This document shows, piece by piece, positions 1 through 10,204 of a DNA stretch of 28,659 nt (its first letter is position 1; the number at the start of each line of letters is the position of its first letter). The translations under genes and the position numbers were made by a program. Source of the stretch: a virus. Where the stretch lies: the IMG/VR virus record IMGVR_UViG_3300036793_000049, positions 1 to 28,659 of that record. One strand, written 5' to 3'. The notes under the pieces are model-generated. The model was not told where the DNA came from, searched no databases, and saw nothing but the letters and a program-made list of their open reading frames with translations.

Positions 1-69
1 CTGACTCTCCAGAACCATACGGATGGCCCGCTGGCGGACCTCAGGGGAAAAACGCGTATTTTTAGTCAT
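1..69 (-). CDS. IS3-family transposase OrfA, N-terminal part (truncated by window edge)
   Basis: ATG at 69 after GAGG RBS gives MTKNTRFSPEVRQRAIRMVLESQ, the IS629 OrfA-type N-terminus. Confidence 0.9.
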   Translation of the reverse strand, partial: MTKNTRFSPEVRQRAIRMVLESQ

Positions 70-123
70 CCTGTTTGCCTCTTTCTCAAGGAGTTTAGTC
101 TCCAGGATTTCCGGGGCGGTTCA
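1..123 (-). mobile_element. Left end of an IS3-family, IS629/IS1203-like insertion sequence (continues beyond window start)
   Basis: Reverse complement from 123 reads TGAACCGCCCCGGAAATCCTGGAGACTAAACTCCTTGAGAAAGAGG, the IS629-type left inverted repeat, followed by an orfA start. Confidence 0.93.
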
Positions 124-138
124 GTGAGGCATTGATTG

Positions 139-480
139 ATGAACTTCAACGATCTTGAGTTCAACGCCATTAAGGCAGAAGTCGAGTCCTTCCTCAGAAC
201 AATGAGCCCCGGAAGAGCTGCTCTCGATAAACCCAATATTATCTTCCGCATTGATGAGCAGGCCGTTGAGTTTTGTGAGATTCCGGTTGCATGGCGCTCG
301 ACTACGAACAGAAAAAATATTCACCCGTTCGCCAGAATCACCTGGAATCAATCCGGGAATGTCTGGATGCTCAACATGTTATCAACCTACAATACGTGGG
401 AATACTATAATGGCTTTTTATCCCTGAGTGACGCTCTGGAGACCATCAGAGCAGACAGATTCAGCTATTTTCTTGATTAG
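139..480 (+). CDS. DUF3024-like protein
   Basis: MNFNDLEFNAIKAEV...W...SLSDALETIRADRFSYF resembles enterobacterial DUF3024 proteins; GTGAGG RBS at 124-129; ATG 139 preferred over TTG 136. Confidence 0.7.
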   Translation: MNFNDLEFNAIKAEVESFLRTMSPGRAALDKPNIIFRIDEQAVEFCEIPVAWRSTTNRKNIHPFARITWNQSGNVWMLNMLSTYNTWEYYNGFLSLSDALETIRADRFSYFLD

Positions 481-500
481 TGTTCCGGAGTCATTCGCTC

Positions 501-617
501 ATGTCGGATAAAAGCCTGCTGGCCCCCGTTCTCCTTACCCTGTTTATATGCGTCGCATTAGGGATATTTCTCCGTCTTGATCGTTACTTTTTCCGCCAGG
601 GAAGAAAAAAGAAATAA
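501..617 (+). CDS. Putative 38-aa single-pass membrane peptide
   Basis: Read manually (below ORF-track cutoff): MSDKSLLAPVLLTLFICVALGIFLRLDRYFFRQGRKKK*; GGAG at 487-490; hydrophobic helix followed by basic tail. Confidence 0.5.
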   Translation: MSDKSLLAPVLLTLFICVALGIFLRLDRYFFRQGRKKK

Positions 618-664
618 ATATAGCCTCCGGTACAAAATGTGTGGAGGGGACCCTTTTCGTATGT

Positions 665-1237
665 TTAAACACTCGTTTTTTCCGGCCACCTGACATCCGG
701 CGCAGCACTGACATCCACACGATTCAGCATGACGCGGTACGTTTTCCAGGTTTTGAGTAGCTGTAACTCTTCCTCCGTTGCCATCTCAACATCTGATGCA
801 TCCTGCAGCGGTGCTATCACGTGTGCGGCTTCATCAAGCAGTGCTGATTTTGTTTTCTGCGCCTGCGCGATTAACTCCTCTTTCGACCAGATGCGCGGAA
901 CCACTTTTTTACCGTCGAATACCCATTCCCCGCGCCTGATGCTGAAGCCCTCCGGTAACTTCTCGCTGATTTCTGCAACGCTCATCCCCTCGGGGGAAAA
1001 CATCGACACGGCATAAATATTGCCGCGTTCCGGCACCGGCTTATCAATAACTGAGCGAATAACATTCTCGCTGTCGTACATGATTTTTATCGTGTTATCC
1101 GCAAACCGGGACTGGCACTCATACCAGTCCTGCCCGTCTTCTGATTCGAAAAAACGTATACCGGCAGTGGCATCACCGTATTTTTCAGTGTCTTTTTCGG
1201 TGGGTTGTTTAACCCTGAAATTTTTAATATTTTGCAT
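665..1237 (-). CDS. tfa: Tail fibre assembly chaperone (Tfa)
   Basis: SEDGQDWYE N-terminal motif and C-terminal IAPLQDA...ATEEE...WKTYRVMLNRVD...WPEK; follows the fibre gene; ATG at 1237. Confidence 0.9.
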   Translation of the reverse strand: MQNIKNFRVKQPTEKDTEKYGDATAGIRFFESEDGQDWYECQSRFADNTIKIMYDSENVIRSVIDKPVPERGNIYAVSMFSPEGMSVAEISEKLPEGFSIRRGEWVFDGKKVVPRIWSKEELIAQAQKTKSALLDEAAHVIAPLQDASDVEMATEEELQLLKTWKTYRVMLNRVDVSAAPDVRWPEKTSV

Positions 1238-1239
1238 GT

Positions 1240-2430
1240 TTACCCCTGCGCATTCACCCACCCGCCACGCGTCCAGAACTGTACGGGTTTGTAGCGCACA
1301 TAAGACTGGTCTTCATTAAAATCTCCTCCTGTCAGCACGTACCCCGCAGGCGCGTCACCGCCCGCGGCAGGCCACCAGGTGGAAATCACCGCGCCCAGCT
1401 GCACACTGGAAACAAAGTTCTGCGACGTCCAGCTCTGTACTTCACCAATACGCTGATTCACCCAGTCCCATGTTGAGCGGGTGTTAATATTGTTGTCCCG
1501 CGCGGCAAGCTGACCATTTGCCCAGTCCCATGTGGCACGGGTATTGATGTTGTTATCCCGCGCGGTAAATTGATTAGCGAGCCATGTGCTCAGCCAGCCC
1601 CCCCAGATTTCGCCATTGATATTACCGCCTGGCTCGAAAATCGCCCTGCCTGCATAAACGCTGGCGCCTGCGCGAATGGAGCCGTTCGCGGTAAAGGAGT
1701 TATCATTGGGGTTAAACATCCAGATATGGTCGCGTCCCTGGTCATCGAGAATATGAATACAGCCGGATGGAAAATCATTTTTTCCGGAGACCAGCACCCC
1801 GTAACTGATGGCGGCCTGATACCCGGTACCCGTCGTCTGCACGGTCGCTTTGGTCATGGGCAGATACACGTTCCCGCCGGCGCTGTAACCGGCGGAATAA
1901 AACAGGGCACGCCGGTCAGCCAGCTGGCTCTGAAAAGCACCACCGCCGGGCCACGCGCCCTCTTTTGTTGAATAGTGACTCGCATTATCGAGCCAGGCCA
2001 CATCACCACCCGCAACCGGAACAGCACCGACATTCGCTGCAGTGGCATGGCCGTTGACTAACACACGCCCCTCCGTCGCATCCCCTTTAGCGGTCTGGAC
2101 ATCCTTTACGGCCGCCTTTCCCAGCCCCAGGTTAGAACGGGCGACGGCCTTATCAACCAGGTCAGAAAGATTTCTGTTTCTGATTAGCGCGTCAGGAATT
2201 TTTGAATCGACTAATGTCTGAATAGCCTGGTAGAGCTGATCATGCTGCTCTTTGTTCAGCACCAGCCCGGAGGATTCAATCACATGACAAATTTCCTCCT
2301 GAAGAGCATCCCACATTTCGCTGTTCAGATCTGTGGCCCGGCGTCCGGTGGAAGGGTCACCGCTGGTAAACCCATTTTTACCCGCACCAAATTTATCAGG
2401 TTGTGCTGTTGGGGTGTCAATTCTGTGCAT
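1240..2430 (-). CDS. Tail fibre protein
   Basis: [23 protein letters not shown]-terminus typical of SfV-type fibres; [13 protein letters not shown] and [13 protein letters not shown] motifs; ATG at 2430. Confidence 0.92.
   Translation of the reverse strand: MHRIDTPTAQPDKFGAGKNGFTSGDPSTGRRATDLNSEMWDALQEEICHVIESSGLVLNKEQHDQLYQAIQTLVDSKIPDALIRNRNLSDLVDKAVARSNLGLGKAAVKDVQTAKGDATEGRVLVNGHATAANVGAVPVAGGDVAWLDNASHYSTKEGAWPGGGAFQSQLADRRALFYSAGYSAGGNVYLPMTKATVQTTGTGYQAAISYGVLVSGKNDFPSGCIHILDDQGRDHIWMFNPNDNSFTANGSIRAGASVYAGRAIFEPGGNINGEIWGGWLSTWLANQFTARDNNINTRATWDWANGQLAARDNNINTRSTWDWVNQRIGEVQSWTSQNFVSSVQLGAVISTWWPAAGGDAPAGYVLTGGDFNEDQSYVRYKPVQFWTRGGWVNAQG
1461..1565 (-). repeat. Imperfect 60-bp tandem duplication in the tail fibre (2 x [14 protein letters not shown])
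   Basis: cccagtcccatgt...tcccgcgcgg at 1461-1505 and 1521-1565. Confidence 0.85.
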
Positions 2431-3004
2431 CTTTCGTTCCTTTCGGATAAGCAAAAACTACTACTGTGTGAGAGGGACAAAGCTTGTCGATAACGCATTC
2501 GGCTACCGTGTCGCCCCAGGTGCGGATTGCCGAGTTACAGGCGCTGATGCAGGTTTGCCAGGTCACGTTTGCGTCTGCCGGGATATTCACCTGCCAGTAG
2601 AAGCGGTATTTGTCGCCCCACTCCGGGTCCGGGCTGGCATCAAGGTTCTGAAACTGGTCAATCGTCGCTGTTTCATAACCCAGGGCGTCGAGCTGGTTAC
2701 GATAAAACTGTTCATTAATACCGCCGATCACGTTGGCTCTGGCGTCAAGCCGCTGCTGCCGCTGCTGCAGTGTTTGCACGCCCGGCGGTGCACAGGGATC
2801 AGGGAGGCCGTAAAGCTTCTCGTACCGGTTAATCAGTTCAGTGGTTTGCGCGGGGTCAATTTCCCGCATCAGGTCACTACCGCGCTGATGAACCCGGGTC
2901 AGCGACGGGGCAAGACCATCAAGAAGAGGATTATCCCCCTCCCACGCGGGCCCCCGCGGTAAGAGGTGATAAAGCAGTTCCGTATACTCATCATTCAGCG
3001 CCAT
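2417..3004 (-). CDS. Baseplate wedge protein, YmfQ/Mu gp48 (DUF2313) family
   Basis: [15 protein letters not shown] and [12 protein letters not shown] motifs; lies between baseplate J and fibre; ATG at 3004. Confidence 0.88.
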   Translation of the reverse strand: MALNDEYTELLYHLLPRGPAWEGDNPLLDGLAPSLTRVHQRGSDLMREIDPAQTTELINRYEKLYGLPDPCAPPGVQTLQQRQQRLDARANVIGGINEQFYRNQLDALGYETATIDQFQNLDASPDPEWGDKYRFYWQVNIPADANVTWQTCISACNSAIRTWGDTVAECVIDKLCPSHTVVVFAYPKGTKDAQN

Positions 3005-3005
3005 A

Positions 3006-4085
3006 CTATGCCGTTGCCTCCGTATAAGGTGCCCAGGTGATTTCACCCAGCACCGGTAATTCTGTTCTTCCCGGCACAATATCTATGGCCGGCGCGACGA
3101 TTTGATGAGCCACTTCGCCCGTCGCGAGGCTTATCGCCTCGCCAATATGGGAATGATAAATTTTGCCCCCCGGCGCCCCGTCACGCAGCATGAGAGCATT
3201 CAGCTCGGCCGCTACGGCAGCCCTGATTTCCGGCGTATCTTTTGCCAGTGCGATCGTCACTGGAATAATTTTTTCGGTAGCGGCAAAGACAAACAATCCG
3301 GCACCGGCCACCGGCGCGACAGGCAAAATATGGTTGCGCACCTGCTGAATAAGATCATCGCCAGGCGCAGGATGTTGCGGGTCACTGGTGGCAACCATCA
3401 CACCTACCGTGCCGGTTCCCTGGTAATGCCGGAATGTCCATGCCCGGGTAATACCAGGGATTTCTTTTGCCCAGATAACATAATCCGGATCGGCTCCCCC
3501 CTGAGGAATGTAGTAATAACGCTCCATGACGCGCGCACGCCACGTCTCCAGCGCTTCAACATCATCCCCGCCGTTCAGCGTATCGGCGTACCCGGTGGAG
3601 GGAATGCCGCTTACCGGAGTGCCGAGACGTAAAGCGGTACCATCATCGGTATTCCCGGCCATCCCTGCCACATCGGCAACAACCGGCACACGCAGCACGC
3701 TGCCAGCAGCTTTAACGGTTTGTGTGGTCGTGAATGCCACCTGGTCATCGCGCTGTAGTTGCGTGCCAGCGGGTAAAGTTAGTGTTCCGGATAATCCATC
3801 CCAGCGCACAAACCCTGTCGCGGGCACGGCATCTTTACGGGGACATCGCTTTATGCGTGCGTGTCTGTAGAGCCAGTCCTCATCGCACAAATCCGGCAGC
3901 AGGTTGCGGGCCAGATAATCAAGGTAGCCATACAGCGTATGTACAGCGGCGGCCTGCACCCTTCCATAGACTTCTGCATCCATGCGCCGCAATACAGCAT
4001 CCTGCTGAAAGCGCGTCAGTAAATCGCTGCGAATGGTGGCGATCAGCTGCGGGAGTTCAGGGCGTGCAAATTGACTGTCAGCCAT
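3006..4085 (-). CDS. Baseplate J / Mu gp47-like wedge protein
   Basis: GGDDVE..E.WRARV and [11 protein letters not shown] motifs; synteny. Confidence 0.92.
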   Translation of the reverse strand: MADSQFARPELPQLIATIRSDLLTRFQQDAVLRRMDAEVYGRVQAAAVHTLYGYLDYLARNLLPDLCDEDWLYRHARIKRCPRKDAVPATGFVRWDGLSGTLTLPAGTQLQRDDQVAFTTTQTVKAAGSVLRVPVVADVAGMAGNTDDGTALRLGTPVSGIPSTGYADTLNGGDDVEALETWRARVMERYYYIPQGGADPDYVIWAKEIPGITRAWTFRHYQGTGTVGVMVATSDPQHPAPGDDLIQQVRNHILPVAPVAGAGLFVFAATEKIIPVTIALAKDTPEIRAAVAAELNALMLRDGAPGGKIYHSHIGEAISLATGEVAHQIVAPAIDIVPGRTELPVLGEITWAPYTEATA

Positions 4086-4491
4086 TCAAATTTCTCCAGA
4101 TATCGTCGAAGGTAATGTTGTGCGCGGTTCCATCGCGCTGATAAATCGTTATGCCGCACGCCAGCACATCAATACCGGTGCGCCCGGCTACAACGTCAAT
4201 ACGCGCGGCCACGCCGTCATCCGTCATCCATGCCAGCGCCTGCCCGATATACTCCCGGGCTTCCTGAGGTGTTTTATTCGTTAACTTGCGGCGTTTCAGT
4301 AGCCAGAGGCGGGAGCCGATGCGGTCATTCTGTACGGTGGGCCAGGTATCGCCCCACCATCCCATCGCCTGCGCGGTGTGATCATCGCGTTCTGCTCGCC
4401 GCCACGTAAACAGCGATATCACTACGGCGCGCGTTAAAGGGTCGAGCGGGTCCGTCGACTCCCTCAGGAGCCCGTTAACATAGAGGATCAT
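4078..4491 (-). CDS. Mu gp46-like baseplate protein
   Basis: AVVISLFT.RRA, GWWGD and GSRLWLL.R.K motifs. Confidence 0.92.
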   Translation of the reverse strand: MILYVNGLLRESTDPLDPLTRAVVISLFTWRRAERDDHTAQAMGWWGDTWPTVQNDRIGSRLWLLKRRKLTNKTPQEAREYIGQALAWMTDDGVAARIDVVAGRTGIDVLACGITIYQRDGTAHNITFDDIWRNLNG

Positions 4492-4496
4492 GGTGT

Positions 4497-5036
4497 TTAG
4501 CTCATCTTCTGGCCTGGCGCGTCAGTGGTACCGCCGCCGTCACCGTTTTCTTTGTGGGTGTGGCCGTTATATGTCTGTCGCATATCCGCCATCGTTTTAC
4601 CGCTGCTGTCGCAGTTATCCCTGATGTTTCCGGTCGCTTCGACGGACATTTCAAAGCGGGCTTTAGGCGCATTTTTGAATACGATCGGTTTTCCGGCACC
4701 GTTCACGACTATCCCGTCGCGCGTTAATATCACCGACTGGCCTTGATCGTCGTAAATTGCCACCTCTCCGCACTTCAACCCTTTCAGACGATAGCGGCGA
4801 TCAGATACGGATATTACAACCCCGTGCGAGCGGTCCCCTCCCGGGAATAAAACCGCCGCTTCTGCGCCATCCTGCGCCGAGGAAGTAAACCCGTAGGGCT
4901 CCAGGTACTCCACATTCTCTTTCACATCCCCGCCGATTAATTTCAGGCCGGCAGCCTGGCATTTTCTCTCGCTATCAAGGGAGGTCAGCACGGCCCGGGC
5001 AAAGAGATTAGCAAGAGCTTTCATATTGGCTGCCAT
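4497..5036 (-). CDS. Baseplate spike (Mu gp45 / gpV-like)
   Basis: EPYGFTS, GEVA.YD and C-terminal HTH (HxH) metal-binding motif. Confidence 0.92.
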   Translation of the reverse strand: MAANMKALANLFARAVLTSLDSERKCQAAGLKLIGGDVKENVEYLEPYGFTSSAQDGAEAAVLFPGGDRSHGVVISVSDRRYRLKGLKCGEVAIYDDQGQSVILTRDGIVVNGAGKPIVFKNAPKARFEMSVEATGNIRDNCDSSGKTMADMRQTYNGHTHKENGDGGGTTDAPGQKMS

Positions 5037-6100
5037 CAGAAATCGTCGCCTCCGGATGCCTTTTTCTTTTTCGACTTCTGCGTAGCGGGTTCAGGCAAAT
5101 AAGCATCTGCCGGGCCGACACGCAGCTCTGTAATCGTTCCGTTTCCGTCCTGGTTATAAGTCACTTCGGCAATGACCAGCTCGGTATTGTCAAACCCCAG
5201 CATGGGATCGAATACAATCACGCGCTGATTGGGCTGCCACAGTTCCCCGTTGCCCTGGCGCCAGCCCTGCACGGTATAGGTGGTTTCAGGCGTTTTTGCG
5301 GCGCGCTGGCGGGCTTCAAATTCACATCGGGATTTACAACTGTCTGCCGTGGCCGTCCCGGATTGCTGGAGTGTATGTGGGCGGTAGCGCGTCACACCCG
5401 CATCGCGGGTGCTCTGGCGAATAGCGGAGATCGTCGCCTCACCAAAATCATCATCGGTGCCCGGCCGCTGGCCGGTGACCAGATAATCAGAGAAACGTTC
5501 ACGAACGCTGCGCTCGGTATCACACGAAAGTATGTTTTCGCCGAGCACCAGAGCCGTGGACGCACGTGAACGTCCCACGGCGCCGAGGTGCAAACGGCCT
5601 TCTCCGTCATCGTAAGCCAGCGTTTGAACCTGGCCCAGCAGGCGATTAAGGCAATCCACCACCGTTTCGCCATGCTCCGGCTGGGCATCAATAACGGCTG
5701 TTGCCGGTGCGCCATCGTCAATAACGGTAATCCCGAACGGGCTGGTTAACGCACTGGCGATACGAACCAGACTTTTTCCGCTGTGCTGTGCCGGAGCGGC
5801 AGAGCAGTCGATCAGATCGGCTGTCTTGCTACGCCCCACAATACCGGTGCTAATCGATGTGGCATCATAGCGAACCGGCGTAGCTTCCACCCAGCCGGTG
5901 ATAACCAGGTCGCTACCGATCAACACTTCAACCAGGTCACCATTCTTTATCATGGGCTGGATTTCCGTAGCGCCAGACCACTGCCGGGTGATCGTCACGT
6001 TAAAATCGCGCGCCACTCTGTCTATGCCGGCACTCACACGCGCCGACGTCCACCCTCCCCACTCGCGCCCGTTTACACGCAAAAAAACAAGACTGTTCAT
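5036..6100 (-). CDS. Baseplate hub (Mu gp44/P-like)
   Basis: GRSKTADLIDCS, RFS.Y.V.GQ and TVQGWRQ..G.LW.PN motifs. Confidence 0.92.
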   Translation of the reverse strand: MNSLVFLRVNGREWGGWTSARVSAGIDRVARDFNVTITRQWSGATEIQPMIKNGDLVEVLIGSDLVITGWVEATPVRYDATSISTGIVGRSKTADLIDCSAAPAQHSGKSLVRIASALTSPFGITVIDDGAPATAVIDAQPEHGETVVDCLNRLLGQVQTLAYDDGEGRLHLGAVGRSRASTALVLGENILSCDTERSVRERFSDYLVTGQRPGTDDDFGEATISAIRQSTRDAGVTRYRPHTLQQSGTATADSCKSRCEFEARQRAAKTPETTYTVQGWRQGNGELWQPNQRVIVFDPMLGFDNTELVIAEVTYNQDGNGTITELRVGPADAYLPEPATQKSKKKKASGGDDF

Positions 6101-7446
6101 CGCACCGGAACCCTCAATGGATTAACCGGCATAAAGCCGGGATGTGAAATGCTATTGCGGGAAAGAATATCGGTTTCGCGGCGGGCATCGTCGTACCAGT
6201 CGGCGGCGAGCACCAGCGCGGGCAGTACATCTACCGGCGTTCTTTCTGCTGTTCTTTCAGCCTGCGCAAGGCGTCCGGCAATATCACGATTAACAACAGA
6301 TCGCAGCGCGGTGATTTGCTGAAAAAGGACATCGTCTGTTACCCGTAATTGCTCCTGGTCGATAGCCGTATTTAACGCTGTGCGGATACGGGTAAGCGCG
6401 TCCCATGATGGCGACTTATTTACCGCCTGCGCTGTGGGGGCGCTATCAAGCGCGGGATGAGAAACATGAATAATATCGGTCTGGTTTAATCCACCGGTAA
6501 CGCCGGCAGCGTTGGGCTGCCTGAACTCCGGGGGAGAGGCGGCAGGTTGAGGGAGTTCAGCAACAATGCCTGCTGCTGTGCCAAGCGCTGTCGCCCTGAT
6601 TGCGCCAGCGACCATGTTACTACGCGCTTTCTGTACTGAAACCGAACCCGAATCACCTGGCCAGGTTCCACGCGGCGCCAGCCCGGGGTCGAGCGTAATT
6701 CCTGAAATGGTCTTAACCATCGTGACCAGATCGGAAGTATCACCGCTCAGGCGATCACCAGCCCGCCAGGCCTTTTGAAGTGCACGCACAAAATCGTTAG
6801 CCGCGCCAGGCGGCATCAGAATGACGGACAAATCCCCCTGCAGCAGCCGCATCGCGGCGGAAACGCCGGAATCCACCATTTTAAAAGCATCAGCAACATC
6901 ATTAAGCATTCCGGCAGCATCAGCTAACACATCGCTCTGAAGAAAATCAGGAATACCGGATAGCGAAAACGCAGAGAACATCCCTTCAATTGCATCATCA
7001 AAAAGGCCGCCTGACGCCTTTAATCGCTGCGCTGTTGCAGCCCCGGCCGTTGGAAAAGACAACTCACCACTTTCAACAAACTGAAACGAGACCCGGCACA
7101 TGCGCCCTTCTGCCACGCTGTGCGTAACGCTTACCTGGCCGTCAATGCTGCCCTGCATTTCACCGAACTGTGGATGAACAAGCGTGCCGGGTCCCGCTGT
7201 TTCAATCGCTACGATCAGGCGGTCGCGCTGTTCGGCATAATCATCACCAATCAGATAGGCATTTATCGTAAGCCTGCGGGTTGCCCTGCCTAAATCCTCC
7301 GTAAAAGGTTTATCCCTGTTAGGATATTCATGGACCTGCACACGGCGACCAAATGAACTTTCATCATTTTCTACAGAAAAAGGTACGCCGCGAAATGATG
7401 CTTCACGCAGACGATCGCGCCAGCCTTGCGGGGAAAATAAAGCCAT
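6097..7446 (-). CDS. Tail/DNA circularisation protein (Mu N-like)
   Basis: ASFRGVPF, HEYP.RD...EDLGR, GPGTLVHP and C-terminal HPGF motifs. Confidence 0.92.
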   Translation of the reverse strand: MALFSPQGWRDRLREASFRGVPFSVENDESSFGRRVQVHEYPNRDKPFTEDLGRATRRLTINAYLIGDDYAEQRDRLIVAIETAGPGTLVHPQFGEMQGSIDGQVSVTHSVAEGRMCRVSFQFVESGELSFPTAGAATAQRLKASGGLFDDAIEGMFSAFSLSGIPDFLQSDVLADAAGMLNDVADAFKMVDSGVSAAMRLLQGDLSVILMPPGAANDFVRALQKAWRAGDRLSGDTSDLVTMVKTISGITLDPGLAPRGTWPGDSGSVSVQKARSNMVAGAIRATALGTAAGIVAELPQPAASPPEFRQPNAAGVTGGLNQTDIIHVSHPALDSAPTAQAVNKSPSWDALTRIRTALNTAIDQEQLRVTDDVLFQQITALRSVVNRDIAGRLAQAERTAERTPVDVLPALVLAADWYDDARRETDILSRNSISHPGFMPVNPLRVPVR

Positions 7447-7456
7447 ATATTCACCA

Positions 7457-7478
7457 TAAAAAAACCACCGAAGCGGGT
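7457..7478 (-). terminator. Possible intrinsic terminator after tape measure gene
   Basis: Minus strand aaacccgc-TTCG-gtggtttttt; short imperfect stem with UUCG loop and U tract. Confidence 0.45.
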
Positions 7479-9446
7479 TTAACGAGGTTTTCTGAACGGG
7501 GAGTAGCCGACATCGTGACTTACCGACATGAGCGGATTGCCTGACTCTGGAATATCGACCACGCGCATTCCCTGAGGAGCATTCTCAAAGCTGACTTTTA
7601 GCTCACTACGTTGCGTTAACGGGAGAGCTGGAGAGATAAGCTGCTGCGCCGTTCCGGGGGTATTAAGCTGTGGACTGGCCCTGTTCTGAGAACGTTCAAC
7701 AGGCACTTTTGGCATGTATCGGCCATCAGGGATCTGGTAGGCGTTATACATTCCCGTCAACTCATTAAGACGTGACAGGAAGCCGTTATAGCCCCGTTCC
7801 CTTTCCTTGCCCTGCATTTTATTTACCAGGAATTCGCCTTTACTCATGCCGGACTCTTTCGAATCTTTTTCCAGATCCTCTAATTGCTTCAACAGGGATA
7901 TCGCGACGCCAATCGTGATGGTCATTGCTCCCATTCTGGCAATCGAGCCGAGCAACCCGGAGAGCGAACCGGCCAGCGTGACCGCCTCTCTCAATGCACC
8001 GATCGTTTTGAGGGTAAATGCGCCCGCCATTACCAGACCAACCCCCTCGATCACCGTCTCCCATCCGCCCATCGCCTGGGCAACCTTATCCACCTCATGC
8101 CAGACCGCCTTGATTACCGGGGCCACATCATCCCAGTTATCAATAATCAGCATGGCGCCAGCGGCCAGCGCCGCTATTGCCACTTTGGCCGGGGAAAGAT
8201 TAACGACACTGTTGAGAATTTTAACAGCCCGGGAGAGTACACCAATGGAAACGCCCACCCCAAGAAGGGCAGCACCAAATTTAGCAGCAGACTGAACAAG
8301 CTCAGGATTTTGCTTCACAAACACAGAAGCCTGTTTGATAAACGGCATCACCTCTTTTACCGCATCGCGAACAACCGGAATAAACTCCCGTCCCATCTCA
8401 ATGGAGAGTTTTGCCACCTCATTACCCATGAGTTTCAGATCATTGGCTGCCGTATCGGAGGCGATCGCATACTCATTGGCTGCGGCGCCGCCGTATAGCT
8501 GCGCATTGGTAACTTTATCGAAGTTAGCTTTAAGTTGAGGAAGGTTTGAGAGCAGCGGAATAACAGCTGTTGATGACTCTTTCCCGAACAACCAGGTCAT
8601 CGCCTTTGTTCGCTTTTCTTCCGGCAACTTGCCGATCGCATCCAGCACTTTCAGCATAGTGCCGCGGGAGTCTTTAATCATGCCCTTAGCGAGTTTATCC
8701 GGCGACCAGCCAATCGCTTTTGCAACGGCTTTCTGTCTCGCAGAATCCGCGCTGGTCAGGCCCATGATAAAGTTTTTAATACCGGTGGAGGCTACATCGC
8801 CTTTAATGCCCACACCAATGATCGTGGACGCCAGCGCGGCCACATCCCCTGAGGCTACGTTTGCAGATTTCGCCACGCCGCCAAGTTCCGTAACCACCTG
8901 GGCGATATCTGCCGAGCTGGCCGGCCCTGTATTCCCCAGGTAGTTAACTTTATCAGCAAGCTCAACGACCGCACTTTCTGTAAGCCCGAAAGCAGTTCGC
9001 CATATCGCGAGCGTTTTACCGGCTTCACGGCCCGATAAATCCCAGGCCACGCCGATTTTTGCCGCATCCTCCCCGAATTGTTTAAGCTCAGAACGGTCAA
9101 TACCCGATTGCCCGGCCTGCGCGATAAGCTCAGCCATTTCATTGGCAGCCATCGGGATTTTGGTCGTCAAATCCAGAATATCATCCTGCATCTGGCGAAA
9201 CGCGGCAGGCGTCTCCAGCCCATCAACCACTTTTCGAACATCAGCCATTGAGGCTTCGAAATCAATGGCCTGCTTAGTGGCTATACCGATGGCCCCGAGA
9301 ATAGCCGAACCGGCCGCCGCGGCTCCCAGCCCGAGCCCGGCCATTTCCTTCCGGAACCCCTTTAACTCCCGTTGCATGCCCTTCATCGGACCTGTCAACT
9401 GGTCAACGGCGGTAATAATGGCCTTTAACTCAAAACTGTCAGCCAT
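7479..9446 (-). CDS. Tail tape measure protein
   Basis: 655 aa Ala/Gly-rich; FEASMADVRKVVD TP901-type core; NWD.V repeats; synteny. Confidence 0.93.
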   Translation of the reverse strand: MADSFELKAIITAVDQLTGPMKGMQRELKGFRKEMAGLGLGAAAAGSAILGAIGIATKQAIDFEASMADVRKVVDGLETPAAFRQMQDDILDLTTKIPMAANEMAELIAQAGQSGIDRSELKQFGEDAAKIGVAWDLSGREAGKTLAIWRTAFGLTESAVVELADKVNYLGNTGPASSADIAQVVTELGGVAKSANVASGDVAALASTIIGVGIKGDVASTGIKNFIMGLTSADSARQKAVAKAIGWSPDKLAKGMIKDSRGTMLKVLDAIGKLPEEKRTKAMTWLFGKESSTAVIPLLSNLPQLKANFDKVTNAQLYGGAAANEYAIASDTAANDLKLMGNEVAKLSIEMGREFIPVVRDAVKEVMPFIKQASVFVKQNPELVQSAAKFGAALLGVGVSIGVLSRAVKILNSVVNLSPAKVAIAALAAGAMLIIDNWDDVAPVIKAVWHEVDKVAQAMGGWETVIEGVGLVMAGAFTLKTIGALREAVTLAGSLSGLLGSIARMGAMTITIGVAISLLKQLEDLEKDSKESGMSKGEFLVNKMQGKERERGYNGFLSRLNELTGMYNAYQIPDGRYMPKVPVERSQNRASPQLNTPGTAQQLISPALPLTQRSELKVSFENAPQGMRVVDIPESGNPLMSVSHDVGYSPFRKPR

Positions 9447-9600
9447 TTTTTATTTCCTCATTGATACGGACGGCCTGCGCCTCCAGCTCAAGAAAATCCG
9501 GGACGGGGGCGCGGCGCAACTCAAGGGGGTTTAATCGCCAGAAGTGGGCGACGTTGTAGAGTCGTTTTCTGAGGTCGTTTCCGTTGAGCTGGTAAAAAAA
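9439..9600 (-). CDS. -1 frameshift extension of tail assembly chaperone (gpGT-like)
   Basis: Slippery T TTT TTT at 9600-9594; -1 frame reads YQLNGNDLRKRLYNVAHFWRLNPLELRRAPVPDFLELEAQAVRINEEIKNG* and overlaps the tape measure start. Confidence 0.8.
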   Translation of the reverse strand, partial: FFYQLNGNDLRKRLYNVAHFWRLNPLELRRAPVPDFLELEAQAVRINEEIKNG

Positions 9601-9851
9601 CCTAAAATAACCATAGAGGCCTTGAAGATATCCAGCAGCGATAGCGTTGCAGCAGATGAGCGAGGAATGCCCGCCAGGAGCGGAATATATTTAAGGGCAA
9701 CCGCGCTATCAGGCCGCACGGCACCTTCGGCGCTCAGCGTGAAGGGAAAGCCAATGCGCTCCACTTCATCAAACGTAGGCTCGCGCAGCTCGAGCACATG
9801 CAACTTTTCGTTATGCGCCATGATCGGCGTTTTCAGCGTTAACTCTCTCAT
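9531..9851 (-). CDS. Tail assembly chaperone (gpG-like; Mu gp41-like)
   Basis: LELREPT motif; between tail tube and tape measure. Confidence 0.88.
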   Translation of the reverse strand: MRELTLKTPIMAHNEKLHVLELREPTFDEVERIGFPFTLSAEGAVRPDSAVALKYIPLLAGIPRSSAATLSLLDIFKASMVILGFFTSSTETTSENDSTTSPTSGD

Positions 9852-10204
9852 TGATAGAATCCTTCTTCACCGTGGAATTCCAGGTCAACGGTCCCTTCTT
9901 CCGGGTTATGGTTTGCCTCGCCATGTAGCCAGGCATTTGAAAGCACGTATACCTGACCATTCGCCAGCTCTGACGTGATCGTCATAACGTCAGATGAGGT
10001 GATTTTGTCGATCGGGAAATTCTTCGGCACTTTAGCCGTCACTTTCGTATAGGCCGCGCGCGTGGTTTCCTTGTAATCAACAGAACCATCCAGGCCGATC
10101 ACATCGTCGCGCACTTTGGTATTCATCGGCACTTCGATACCGCCGGTGATCGACAACTGCTGGCCGTCAATTTTGAAGTAAGTTGTACCTGCAATCTTTG
10201 CCAT
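9848..10204 (-). CDS. Tail tube protein
   Basis: 118 aa, MAKIAGT.Y.K.DG...ELANG..YVL..AW; directly after sheath. Confidence 0.92.
   Translation of the reverse strand: MAKIAGTTYFKIDGQQLSITGGIEVPMNTKVRDDVIGLDGSVDYKETTRAAYTKVTAKVPKNFPIDKITSSDVMTITSELANGQVYVLSNAWLHGEANHNPEEGTVDLEFHGEEGFYQ

Noticed and set aside
665..2430. Invertible tail-fibre cassette (Gin/Pin-type)
   Set aside because: No invertase, second fibre tip or gix-like inverted sites visible in this window
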